DNA of 64,000 bases from Rhina ancylostomus. Its lineage: Eukaryota. This document shows positions 23,481 to 35,970 of the stretch, in pieces. The DNA lies in assembly GCA_030265395.1 (NCBI GenBank), contig JARFYF010000017.1, forward strand, positions 19,402,768-19,466,767. Direction: 5' to 3'. The position numbers and the translations under genes are program-made. Positions within the stretch are counted from its first letter, which is position 1. Each line of letters begins with the position of its first letter. The notes below the pieces were generated by a model, which was not told the origin of the DNA, ran no database searches, and saw only the letters and a list, made by a program, of their open reading frames with translations.

Positions 23481-25419
23481 GCTCTTGTCATATATAGTGA
23501 ACAGCTAAGGCAGGGGAGAAGGAGGGAAAGGAAGAAAGGAAGTAACCTAGGTATCCCTTGCCTGGCTGGACTTTCCAAACTAATGTATCAGTAAACCCCA
23601 TTCTTCAGCCAAACCACAGCTTGTGCAAAAATGAAAGTCAACACAAAGTAAACATCCAAAGGAAATTATAAATCAAAGCATGCAACTTTGCATAGAAGTT
23701 ACATCCTTGTAAATTTACTGTCCTCTCTTCTATGTGTCTTGGTCCACATTAGTACATCCATGTAGTGCTATGTCAGTGCCTGCAGCATTGCTGGTGGGAG
23801 GTTGAGATGACGACCGGGGTTAACTTTGAACAGGACTGGGTCCAGATAGTCTAGCTTAGACCACACCCATCTTGTCGTGGGTGGCAATGGTCTGGCCTTG
23901 CTGGCTCACAAGAAGCACTGAGGGTAGTGGTGGAGTGGCAGTGGAGTGATGACAAATGTGTCATCGTGGGAAGGCAAGCACCACCAATCCCTGGAATGCA
24001 GGATAGATGTGGGGCTGCTGTTGTGCTCTGCAAGCTCCTTTGTGCACAGCCAGATAGCAGCAGCAATGCCCAAGAGAATTAGCTTTAAGGCAATGGCAGC
24101 CACTCCAAGCACTGTTTCCCCAAGTAGGGTCATGCAGCTATGGCTGATTATTCACTATTTAGTCTGGCAAAATATGTCACTGGGTGTCAAGCAATGAGGC
24201 TGTCATAGTCGAATAGTTGGAGTATGTTCACACTATGGCATGTAGCTGTGAAGCTTGCACCATGACAAATGTGCAAGGATAAGGGGAAAAAAACTAACAT
24301 GTTGACTGATTTATCAATAACCTCATCAGTAATATACAGTGCTACTTATAAAGAGATTCTGACAAAAATAGACATGGAGGCAAAGAAAGAGACAAACTTA
24401 GTTATCACTTCTGGAAGTGAACCTTAAGGAGGGTCTTAAAAGTTGGTGAGCAGAGGAATTTAAGAATATATACAACTTTCAACAGTACCCTGAAAGATGA
24501 GGGAACCACAGATGGCAGCATTGCTGACACGTTAAAATCTGGGGCCACCAGTGAGTTTCAGCTTTGGAAAATGCTCCCAAAATTGTATCTGTTTGTAAAA
24601 TGTTCTTTTGAATTTCCATTCAAGCTCATTTATAAATCAACCAAAGACAAAATCTGCCATAAATTACCACAGCTGGACAGTACTTCAGAGGAAATTTTCT
24701 TTAAAAATCAGAATATATTCCATGATATATTTCAGAGTGGGATCTCAGTGCAATGAAAAAAATATATTGCTGGAAATGGTTTTAATGTTAAATAACTAAT
24801 TTGAAATTCCAGTGCAACCTAAAAGGTCGATTGGAATGGCATTACTGTGGTGGAATAATGAATGATTTGTTTGCTAACCTAACACATCAAAATTCAGCTG
24901 TGGCTGGTTAGACATGGGAAATTTTCACACCTGAAAATGGCCCTCTGAGCACCAGTGTCCTCAGAGGACACAGGCCTAAAGAAAGGGAAGAGCTGAGAGT
25001 GGAGGGCAGGGTCTTGGGGCCACTCACCTCCACTCGCTGACAGTAAATCTGGACTCCTGGCCACACGGCACGGGGATGGGGAGAAACAGGAGCAAAGAAG
25101 AATGCGGTAAGTTGGAAAAAAACAGTAGAGCACTTAATGTGAGCAGACAGAGGGATCAATACAGAACAGCCTACAGAGAGGGAGAATGGAATGCTGTATT
25201 TGGTGAGAGTCATGTGTTATCCTTACAATGATGTAACTTTGTTACAAGCATACAATGTATGCCAACAGCTTAAAGGTTTAATGTGTAAATCATTCCTGTG
25301 TTGTCTTCTGAATAATGTGTCTCATAGCACTCATGTAAACAATACTTCAGGTATCATCTGTGTTTTGAAGAGGAGTGAAGGATTACCTTCCAATTGCTGG
25401 AAACATTGCAGAATCTGCA

Positions 25420-26820
25420 GAAATGTCCTATTCCTTATTCTGGGATGGTGACCCCCAGCTCTAGATTCATCAGCAAAGGGAAACATCTTCCCTATAGCTA
25501 CCGATCGAGCCCCCTAAGGATTTTGTATGTTTCAGTGAGGTCACCATTCATTCTTCTGAACTAAAGAATCAAAGCCTAGTCTTCTCAACCTCTCCCATTT
25601 TGACTGATGCACCGTGTCAAGAATCAGATGAGGGAATTTTTGTTGTACTCTTCTTTGGTAAGCAGATTAAAACTGTACACAATACTCTAGATATGGCATT
25701 ACTGAGAGCCTATATAATTTTAGCAGGATATCAAGATTCTTGCCCTCAAATTTCTTGCAATAATGACCAATGTTTCAATTGTCTTCCTAATTTCCTGCTG
25801 CATCTGCAGGATAACTTTCAATGATTAGTGTATAAAGACACACAGGTCCCTTTGACCATCAATGTTACCCAAACTCCCTCCATTTAAAAAATGCATAACA
25901 TTTCTATTTTTTCCACTGAAACAAACAATAGCACATTTTTCAACATTCTACTCCATTGGCCATGTTGTTGTCCTGTCTTTGTCTTCTTCATGTCTTATCA
26001 CTGGTTGTATTCACACTTAGTTTTGTGTCATCAACAAATTTGAAAATCTTTGTGGTACCCCACTTGTCACAGCTAGAGAAGGGCCCATTTACTTCTACTC
26101 TTTGCTTTCTGTCTGCAACCAAATTTCAATCCATCTCTAGCATAGTATCCATAATTCTATGTTCTCTGGTGTTGTTCAGCAACCTCTTAGTCCTTATTAA
26201 AAGCCTTCTGAAAATCCAAAAAGGCCACATCAACGTCATCAGATCCCTTATTCAACTAGTGTTATTAGGCAAACAAGTTGGTAGCTTCCTGTTCTCTCGC
26301 TCCATCCTTTCTTAATTTGCCTTCAAATTTGCAGGACCATTCAAGAATCTGTAAATTTTGGAATATGACAATCAGAGCATCCGTTATCTCCAAAACCATC
26401 TCTTTCAAAACTCTAGGATGTAGATCATTGGGTTCTTGGGAGTTACTCATGTTCAGCTTCATTAACTTCTCTGGGAACTTTCTTCCACTTCCTCACTTAC
26501 ACTGGAGCCCTGGTTCTCCAGTATTTCTGGAAGGTTTTTTTTGTGTCTTCTTTCATGAAGAAAGACACAAAGTAGTTANNNNNNNNNNNNNNNNNNNNNN
26601 NCATATTTTTCTAGGGCCCAATATCACAAAGGCTCAACATTTCCCAATCTCTCTCCATTTAAAAAATACTTTGCATTTCTTATTAACTGAATAACACTAG
26701 TTGTGTAAGGGATCTGATGATGTTGATGTAATGTATTTGGATTTTTGCATTTCTATTTTTTCCACTGGAACAGAATTTTCAACACTGTACTCCATCTGCC
26801 ATGTTATTGTCCTATCATTC
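25420..26820 (-). mobile_element. Fragmented CR1 LINE (RT N-terminal region to 3'UTR)
   Basis: ORF 26265-26462(-) SQEPNDLHPRVLKEMVLEITDALIVIFQ matches the CR1 KSPGPDG.HPRVLKE motif. Antisense CR1 3' sequence lies at 25420-25960. Confidence 0.8.
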
Positions 26821-27649
26821 AGCAGGGCAGGGTGGGCATTGCAGTTAGTTGTCTTAGAAATGTGTGTAATTGGTGTTTGGGAGCAAGAGAATAAGTTGTT
26901 GGGGTGGGCTTGCAATTGATGATTGTGAAGAGGTTGTTAGATTGCAAGATTTGTGTGTAAGGAGCAGGCTGGCAAGGGTGACAATATTTGATTGGGGAGA
27001 GGATCACTCCATTGGTGAGGATGGACCAAAGGAGACATGGGTATGTACCTACTCTAAAGAGAACCTACCTCAGTTAGTTCCCAGGACTGAACTGGGACCT
27101 GCTCAGGTGGTCAACCTCTAAGTCACGTAGAAGCAGGCTTCAGATGTTGTGAAAGTCTATTTCTGCTTTAGTAGCCTCTGGAGGCCCAGGCATGCATATT
27201 TGAAAATCATGGAGGTGGCATTCTTGTGTGCACTGCACATTGTTGGATGCCACTGAGCAGTCTGGGATCCTTCCTGTGTCAGTGCCTCAGACACATCGGG
27301 AACCTGTAAAAAAAACTGCATGACGTCCCTAATATTAATTTTAATAACATGGCACTCAAAAATGTAACATTATGCAATCCATTTTCTAGGCCATTGACTA
27401 CTAAAATGTTTCTTTAATGCTGTTGTGTCCAAGATGAACCCTTTAATTGTTGGAGCCCTCAAAAGACCCATGAGTGATCAAAATTAGTGGAAGCTCCCAA
27501 TGGTTATTAATTTAGTCTTGAGATGTGACCAATATCATGAAAAGGACCCGTTTCAAGCACAATGAGTTGTAAACCGTAGCAAAAGATAGTGGGAAAATAG
27601 GAGTTCAGATGAATTCCATGAATGAAAAAACTGGACAGAAATACAAATA

Positions 27650-28460
27650 CTCTGAGAGGTAAGTTGCTGACAGGATCTCAAACAGGAAGATAGAATTGCA
27701 TATCAGTGGCACTGGGACATAAGAAGCCAATATATGTCAGAAGATCAGTAAGGATGGTAAACATAGTTGGACAGAATTTCAGATAATCTGGAACTTGTGG
27801 AAGCACTGAAATAGTCATTTTGGGAGCAGGCAAAAGCAAGAATGAGGGCTTCAGCACAGATGGACTGTGTTTGGGGCAGGAAAAGTAGTTTTATGTAGGT
27901 GGAGGTAGTCTTTATTGTTGGCTCTACAAGTGATTGTGAGGACTTAGGGTTGGAAACTCAGCTAAACATCTAACAGGTCACTGAGGATGGAATCAACGTG
28001 GTTCAATCTATGACAATGGCTAAGATTCAGTGTGGGTGCCAAGAGTTAATGAGGACTGATGATTTTCTTCCCAATGTTAAAGCAGAAGAAGCGGTAAGGC
28101 CGAATGTTACAGAAACAAATGAGATATAGTAGCTAAGAGGGAGATGAGGGGAGGTGAAGTGACACTCCACATCTTTGGATGATGCGACCAAGGTGTGCCA
28201 TATGGATGAAGAAGAGGAGGAGTCTGCTGGACCCTTGGGGTGTTTCCAGATNNNNNNNNNNGTAAGGGTGTGAATTAAGGGAGAGAAGCCATTGCTGGAG
28301 AGACTCTAGCTACAACCTGTTAAATGAGATTATAACCACATGGGACCATTTCCTCTTAGCTGGACAATGGGGGAGATGGTGGAGTTATCTGTGTCAGAGG
28401 TGACAGAAAGGTCTAGGGCACTGTGCATGGATAATGAACCCCAGTCATAGTCAGAGAAAA
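27650..28460 (-). mobile_element. Decayed L2 LINE RT fragment
   Basis: The reverse complement of about 28155-28240, 'ccccaagggtccagcagactcctcctcttcttcatccatatggcacaccttggtcgcatcatccaaagatgtggagtgtcacttcac', resembles PQGS.LGPLLF.IYM.PLG.II...GV.FH. Confidence 0.7.
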
Positions 28461-30744
28461 TATCGTATCTTCCAAAATTTGAAATAATTCTTGTAAATAA
28501 CAATGTTTAATTAGTGTTATGAGATTTTACAAGCCACTCCTGTGTTTTTTAAATAGGACCTTGAAAATTTCTTATATATAATAAATAATATACATAAAGA
28601 AATAAATGTTGGAGTGTATTAGAATATATTCTTGTAAAGGGAAATTGTTGATAAACTTCATAAAACATGCTTTTTTTAAGGAATTTTTGACTTGAATGAC
28701 TTTTAATGAACACAAGCTCAAGGTCCCATCTTTGTTTGAGAAACTAAAGCAGCATTGTTCAGTCTTTACAAAAACCGAGAGAGAACAGTTTCATGGAGTG
28801 AAACAGGCATCTCAATAATTGATATTTACTTAAACATTTTTAACTTTCAGAAAGGGTTTGGAATAACAGAGGAAAATATTGTATAGCACTCAGATTTTTC
28901 AAATTCTTTTCAGAAATATTTCACGGTCAGACCAAAGAGAAGGCTTCTTTTGAAAGCACAATTCTTGAATGAATCTCATACATTTACAAATATATGTAAT
29001 TTAATTGGTTTTATTCATTGGTTCCAGCTGGACAAGGTAACCATTTTTTTCACATCATTGAAATTATTACAGAATTTATTTCACTGTTGAAGAGTTGATG
29101 TTGACCCTGAGCACATAGTCTGGCTATTCTTTCTTTGTATTAATCATCCAACAGATTTCAATTACACGCGTCTTATGAGGCAGGTACGAAAGAATGTCAA
29201 GTTATTTTTCCTCCTTTTCTATACAATTTCTTTGTAATAATTTTCTAAATTCCTTTGAGCCACTTGAATAGCCTAGTAGCCAAACAATCATATTCCTGAT
29301 GCTATTTGGTTCAAGCTGAGGTATGGCTTTGCTCAAAGTCTGGCCACCAACTGAATAAAAAAAAATGATATAAACCATCGGGAAATGTAGTTTTCTTCCA
29401 CAAATCCCATATCAATGACTAATGTGCCATCAGTACTTCTTGAAAAGAATAAGCCCTAAACATTTGGAGGTGGCATTAAGATGTGTGCTTCTCAGGAATA
29501 AAACATTGGTCAAGATAAAGACTAGCTTTCAACTAGTGGACTTCCAACATTATTTATTAGAAATATAAATTTGCTGTGTTATTCTTTGTTTCCACTATTG
29601 TTATTTCTTTTTAGTTAATTGTTTCTTCCATTAGTCTTGATTTGATTGTTTTTGAATTGTTCTAACTCAAGCCTATTTTCTTATTGATCTATTCTTTATA
29701 ATTTTCATCTTCTGGGTCTTTCTGCTTTTCGTTTCCCTTTTGTTCCTGCTCTGTCAGGTTTTGTAGCTCTGGCCACATTACAAGCCATTGGACGGAATGA
29801 CATAAAGTCCTGCACCTAATTGGCTGAACTCCAAAGTTAAATTGTTAAAGGTAAATTGTTGGAAAAGTGAATTAAAATGAACGCTGAAACCAAGGTAGTT
29901 TCACCTACTAACATTAATGTAGCAGGTAAGAAATCTGGTGAAGAGCAAGGAAGACAAGACCTGGTTGTGATCATCATAAAAGGTCTACTTTGGTAAAGAC
30001 AAACATTGTTATTGCAATGTATCTGATGGACTGTTTACACTGTATCATCAAACACAGGCTCGTTTTTATTGGCATTTCCAGCATTTGTATTCTGCAACCT
30101 TTGACTGACAGAGCACAAAATGCAGACCCTGGAAATAAATATTAGGGTTGGCAACTCCCTCTCGGGGTCAGTGGGGTAATTGGAAACATATTCTGTGCAT
30201 ATAGTTGGACTCATTAAAATGAGGATTAAGTGCACTAAATACTGAAATCTGTTTTTCTCTTTATTTTAGTTCAGATTACCTGTCCAAATAAATAAATTTA
30301 AATTCAAATTTACCAGTGAAAAAACCTTTCAAAATTACTTCATTTCAGCTCTGTATAACTCCATTGGAAAATTATGGATAGAAATGGGACTTTGTTGTAC
30401 CTATTTTGTAGGGCCCAATCTCCTGCTTCCTAAGGACAATTTGAAATTGGTTCGGCCATTTTTTCAACTATTTCCATAAGGCATTAGGTTTTTGTTAGTG
30501 TAAGTAATGGGTATCCATTGCCAGTTTCCAATTTGATTCCAATTAGTGCATTGAGCAGCTGGCCTACTCAGCTGAAATAAACCTGGCAAACACCACCAAT
30601 AGGTATTGTCTGATGACCAAGAGTTTAGAATCACCAGTGAAGCAACAGCGCTCTCCACTGATCCTGAAGAAAGCTCCCACTAAAGGTATGGCCACCTCTG
30701 GTGTAGAAATTACCCAGGTTCAGTACAAGTTCATTTCTGGTAGC

Positions 30745-31625
30745 CTCATGACAGGAAGGATGTGGAGGCTTTGGAGAGGTTTACCAGGATGCTGCCTGGA
30801 TTAGAGGGCTTGTACTGTAAGGAGAGGTTGAATAAACTTGGGTTGCTTTCACTGGAGTGGTGGAGGCTGAGGGGAGGTCTGATAGAAGTTTATAAGATTA
30901 TGAGAGGCATAGATAGAGTGGACAATTGGTATCTTTTTCCCAGGGTCAAAATATCTAATACTAGAGAGTATGAATTTAAGGTGAGCGGGGAAAGTTACAG
31001 GCGTGGTAGTGTAGCGGTTAGCATAACGTTTTACAGCACCAGCGACCCGGGTTCAATTCTGGCCACTGTCTGTAAGGAGTTNNNNNNNNNNNNNNNNNNN
31101 NNNNNNNNNNNNNNNNNNNNNNNNNNNNNNNNNNNNNNNNNNNNNNNNNNNNNNNNNNNNNNNNNNNNNNNNNNNNNNNNNGTTTCCTCTGGGTGCTCTG
31201 GTTTCCTCCCACATTCCAAAGACATACTGGTTAGGAAGTTGTGGACATGCTATGTTGGCTCTGGAAGCGTGGCGACACCTGCGGGCGGCCCCCAGAACGC
31301 TATGCAAAAGATGCATTTCACTGTGTGTTTCAATGTACATGTGACTAATAAAGAGATCTTATCTTATATTATCAAGGAGATGGCAGGGCAAGTTTTTTTA
31401 CACAGAGAGTAGTGGGTGCCTGGAATGCGCTGCCTGGGCTGGTAGTGGAGGCAAATACAAAAGAGGCATTTAAGAGGCTCTTAGATAGGCACATGAATGT
31501 GCAGAGAGCGGAGGGATATGGACCTTGTATATTTAGCTAGGCATTTAATTACTAGTTTAATTAGTTCAGCAAAACACCGTGGCCTTTTCCTAATGTTTAA
31601 TGTTCTATGTTCTACGTTCTAAGTT
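30745..31625 (+). mobile_element. CR1 LINE 3' end with a nested V-SINE
   Basis: ORF 30762 (RFTRMLPGLEGLYCKERLNKLGLLSLEWWRLRGGLIEVYKIMRGIDRV) is the CR1 ORF2 C-terminus. It resumes at about 31373 and ends in a (gttctat)n-like tail at about 31600-31622. Confidence 0.92.
31000..31372 (+). mobile_element. Young tRNA-derived V-SINE with Rex1/Babar-like tail
   Basis: Pol III A-box-like 'tagtgtagcgg', B-box 'gggttcaattc', V-domain 'gtttcctctgggtgctctggtttcctcccac', retained CpGs, and AATAAA with a (tctta)n tail. It contains a 100-N gap. Confidence 0.88.
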
Positions 31626-31789
31626 CAATGGAATTCCTGGCATCCAACATTTGGAGTGCCATCAAATTAGTCCAGCAAACAATCACATTAAATAAATCTC
31701 ACAATAAACCAGGAGGCAAAAAAATAACATGTCAATTAGTAAAAAACAGTGCTAAATAGATGTTCAAAAAGGTGTTCAAAAGAAATAAA

Positions 31790-32075
31790 AGATAGATGAG
31801 AATAAGATCTGTGGGAAAAGAGCAGACTGAAACAAGTGGCCTTCCAGGATAGCTGCGTTTGTGGATCCTGAGAAGGTTGAGTGTGAGGTTGGAAGCTAAG
31901 CAGAGAAGATTTCCACTGGAGATGATGTCACTGATAGTCTGGGAAATGATGGTGCAGCAGTCAGTGATAGGGTCATAGCACAGAGGGAAGCAGAAGGCAG
32001 TGTCAGAGCTGGTGTTAGCCTCCTCAAGCTGGAGGTCAATTTGCCAAACAGCCACAGTGCCATGCCTATCAACAA
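31790..32075 (-). mobile_element. Penelope-like element RT N-terminal fragment
   Basis: ORF 31732-32055(-) ...YDPITDCCTIISQTISDIISSGNL...LLRIHKRSYPGRPLVSVCSFPTDLI matches the PLE motif DPT...LPKIHK...PGRPIVS.CS.PTE.IS. Confidence 0.85.
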
Positions 32076-33669
32076 TTTTAGGAACAACCTTTGGGTTGAG
32101 CCTTCATAAATAATTGAAATTCATGCCAGTTCAGCTGATTTGCTTTAATTGCGCTGGAGAAGCCTGCAAATGGTACACCATAATGAAGTGTACTGTATCA
32201 CTGGCAGCAGCCTCAGGATTTCTGCAAGGAATTATACTGTCAATTGTCAATGATGCCATACAGTATGTCAGTCACTTCACCATGACTAATTTTGATTCCA
32301 GCCCCACCCCCCCACACCAAGAAACTACCACCCACCTCCATTATTCATTCACCCGTCTTCAGATTCATTGTCCAATGAGGTTCCTGTGGAGGGATGATTG
32401 GTGCTGGCACCATAAACCTTATCCCATTGTCCGCTCAGCCTTGGCTTGACCACTCATTGGCTCAGCAATAGGGAAAACTTATCAAGGCAAATTTTCACCC
32501 TGTGTATTTGAAAACAAGTGCCTCCACTCCCATTCGAATGTAACCAAATGTTAGAGGCAAATTTCAGGCTGTTTCAGAAAGTTTTAAACTTCTCTTCAAA
32601 AATCAGAAGTGTATCAAAAGCTGTCATAACTTAGTAATGAACATACCACTAGTCTTTTAAAATCCACTGACAAACAAAGCATGCACACGAGCAGAGATAT
32701 GAATAAATTTGCTTTCATAACTTTTGTAACCTTTTTCTTCTTAATTTCCTTTTCAAATCTGAAGGTTAGGAATGGTTACAATACAACACTAGGCAACAAT
32801 ACTCTTGCCTAGTTGATTGATCTTTCATTGTACAGGAAGTGCTATTCTAGTGTAAGGGAAGCAGATGCTGACACTTTGTTTAATATACAGAGGATATCCC
32901 TCAGAGCACATTTAACCCTCAGTACAGATTACCGAAACACTGACTGCACAGACACACAACAACCACAGGAATGAGAGGGAAAACAGAAGGCCAAATGCAA
33001 CTGCTTAGCAAGGCCAATGCCATTGGCACTTACCTGTTAAGTTTTCTTTCCCCATGAAGAAGAAAGTTAAGTATTGATCCCACTAATTTAAGGAAGGAAT
33101 TTTTGAATTATACTGCATTGGTGTCAAAAGCATCCTGCAGCACAAGAAAAATTTACTTCATTAAAATAATTCCCCTTAAAGTACTTCTCTATTAACTACA
33201 AAATATTTACTTTGACTTAATAAGGTTAGTTTTTTCACTGCAGTCCAGAGAAAGTTTATAGCTAATGCTGGGTATTCTAGATATCAGATCTTTATCCTTA
33301 ATAATCCAGTATTGCTCAATTTGGGCAGCAATCATTCAAAGCAGGTGAGTGACCTTTTCATGTGAAATATATCCTGTTCTCCTTTTGTCATGACACCGGG
33401 AATTTATTTCTGAACTGTAGAACAATGATAAAACCTACAAAATGCAGATTGTAGACAGGTTCCATGGTAGAAAGAGCTATTTTTTGCCAGTGACCAGATG
33501 AGCTTGGGCAATTGGACTAACTATTACACAGATGTCAGATACTTGTGAAATGTGTTTATGTATTGATTTCCATTATTATTTCAATCTGAGCTATTTACTT
33601 TGAAACAAGTTGCTTTGGTGGAGATCTCCTATCTGTTTGCACAGCACAAAATTTGGGATGTGTAAAGTA

Positions 33670-34030
33670 AGTAGATTTTGCTTTTTGCCTATCTACACTA
33701 ATCCCATTTGCCCACATTAGGACCGTATCCTTCTATGCCTTACCTATTTAAGTGTCCGTCTAAATGGCTCTTAAATAAGGTAGTTGTATCTGACTCCACC
33801 ACTTCCTCTTGCAGTGCATTGTCTGTGTAAAAAAATTACCTCTAAGATCCCCTTCAATACCCTTTCCTCTCACCTTAAACCTATGTCCTCTTGTTTTTAA
33901 TACCCCTACCATGAGAAAAAGGTTTTGACTATCTACCCTACCTATACCTCTGTATCAACCTCAGCCTCCTTCACTCCAGGAAAAACAATCCCAGCCTATC
34001 AAATGTCTCCCCATAACATAAATATTTATG
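33670..34030 (-). mobile_element. CR1 LINE 3' end
   Basis: Antisense CR1 3'UTR: 'ctacactaatcccatttg...ctcaccttaaacctatgtcctcttgtttt...aaacaatcccagcctatc'. Confidence 0.8.
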
Positions 34031-35554
34031 CTCACAGTTTACTCCACACTGCTCACAATGAAGACAGACCGTCCCTTTCATCTTCAAGCACTTTTCTACA
34101 ACCACTTGCCTTCCACTGGCCACTTTTCTAGACCTCACACTCATCTTCATTGAAGATAGAGGCATGCAAAGGACACTGTGAGCAGGCTGCAGGCACCAGT
34201 GGGGTCACCCTCACTCATATCTTCCTGGCTTCAAGAACATTCCAGCCCACATCTACAGATACTTGCCGTTGCTAATACATCAGGGATGTTATTGATGGTC
34301 TCTACTCCACCGGACTTCATCTACTTTGCCTTCAGCCAACAGAAGCAGGCAGATTGGGCACAAGTATGTTCCTGCAGATGCATGCATCCCAAGTGCAGGC
34401 ATTCAGGGTCTGTACTCATGTCCTCTGATAGCCCTCTCAGAAATTTCTTGCCAGGATCGCCTGACTGTGACCACATTCTTTGGTGCAAATTTCCTGCCCC
34501 TATACTAAATTATTATCCTGTCCCTTATTTTTGAAATTCAATGTTGGCAACCTAAGTCTCTTGATTGGAGGACATCCCTCATGCAAGTGATGTGATCCAC
34601 CAGCTTCTGGAGGTCTCTTGTCGGTAATCTCAGGAACACTCACCCAACCCTCAGGAATCACTGGGACAGTCACAGTCAAGTGACCAGCAGTCTTCAGTAG
34701 CTGGAAGAGTGGTGGCTGTTTTGTGTGTTTGTGCCTTTAAGGACTGGCTGATAAACTCTCAGCTGTATGTCCAAGAGCTAAAAAACAATGAGAAATTCAA
34801 CCAATGAAGCCCACTCTTCCTGAATCAGACTGACATTCCACCAGGGAGCCAAATACATTGTTTTCTAACCAGTACTAACAAAATTCATGGCCCCTTAATA
34901 GGTTTTTAAACAGATTTAGGAAACGATATACTAACATCTTAATATACAAAGTTCTGGCTGTTATGTGGGCAGAATTTCTGGGCCTCTCTTTTCAATAATC
35001 ATATTACTGCAAAGAGAGTGCATCATTCCAGTGCTTCTTGCTTACAATTCTACATAAACTGAGAATGAAATTAGCATTTCCCTCATAACAACAAACAGGA
35101 TAAGTTTCTCTGTAAAGTGATGTGACAGCAGAACAACTTCCATCAGCACTTTCTTCTCCTGTCAGAGACTATGAATCTGTGCTCCAAGTCAACTTGCCCT
35201 GAGGCAAGGTATATTTTAGCTGCCTCTTCTTGCTACTGTGTATCAATAGTAGCCACCCAGAGTTGCATTAAAATATAGGCTTTCTTAACTCTGGTGAGTT
35301 CCTTTATTTGAGCCTGATATTCCTCTTGAATCAGCACCCATTATGAAAAGACCCTTTTCAAGCCACCCCAACTCTTGTAATAAGGCATTCTATACTCTGC
35401 AGATAAATTGAAACTTTAAAATGTCTCATGTGTCATCACTATTATTTCATAGAGAAGGTGAACCACATGAAGTCATTTCCTTTCTCTCTTTAATTATATG
35501 TATTCTGTCAGCAACACTGAAATGTCAGTTTTCAAACAACACATCAACCGGATC

Positions 35555-35970
35555 AGCCTTCAATCTTCTACTTTCAAGAGTAGAGAAGATTGAAGGGTTA
35601 ACACATTAAGATTTTCTAAAATATTTGAAGAATTCAATGGGATAGACTGAGACANNNNNNNNNNNNNNNNNNNNNNNNNNNNNNNAAGGAGATATGATCC
35701 AAAAATTAGAAACATTTAAGGGGGAAATCATGAAATACATTTTTTTCACACAAACAATAGGACAAAGGGAATTCTCCTTTCCAAAAGCTGTGGATGTTAC
35801 AACAGCTGATACTTCTAAGTTTAAAAGCAATAGATTTTTTTTCAGGTAGCTATGTCAAGGGATACGGAGCCAAGGTGGGCAAATCAAGTTGAAGTACAGA
35901 TCAGCCACGATGTTCTTGAATAGTTGAAGAGTCTCATGGGGTTGAAGGCCCGCTCCTGGTCTTACATTGC
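35555..35970 (+). mobile_element. Decayed CR1 3' fragment
   Basis: 'aagttgaagtacagatcagccacgatgttcttgaatagttgaagagtctcatggggttgaaggcccgctcctg' resembles the CR1 3'UTR terminus. Confidence 0.6.

Noticed and set aside
23906-24133. 75-aa ORF with a TM-like N-terminus (GVAAIALKLILLGIAAAIWLC)
   Set aside because: No recognisable family, promoter or splice context. It sits in a GC-richer tract (21.8-24.3 kb) that looks like an unclassified decayed repeat.
27127-27303. Minus-strand exon candidate after a 'ttttttttacag' acceptor
   Set aside because: The donor is weak, the frame I translated closes, and there is no recognisable homology.
31000-31070. tRNA gene
   Set aside because: The A and B boxes belong to the tRNA-derived SINE head. 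There is no full cloverleaf and it continues into the V-domain.
30762-31412. 216-aa ORF as a chimeric gene
   Set aside because: It is the CR1 ORF2 tail reading through a nested SINE and a gap, with no sign of a host gene.
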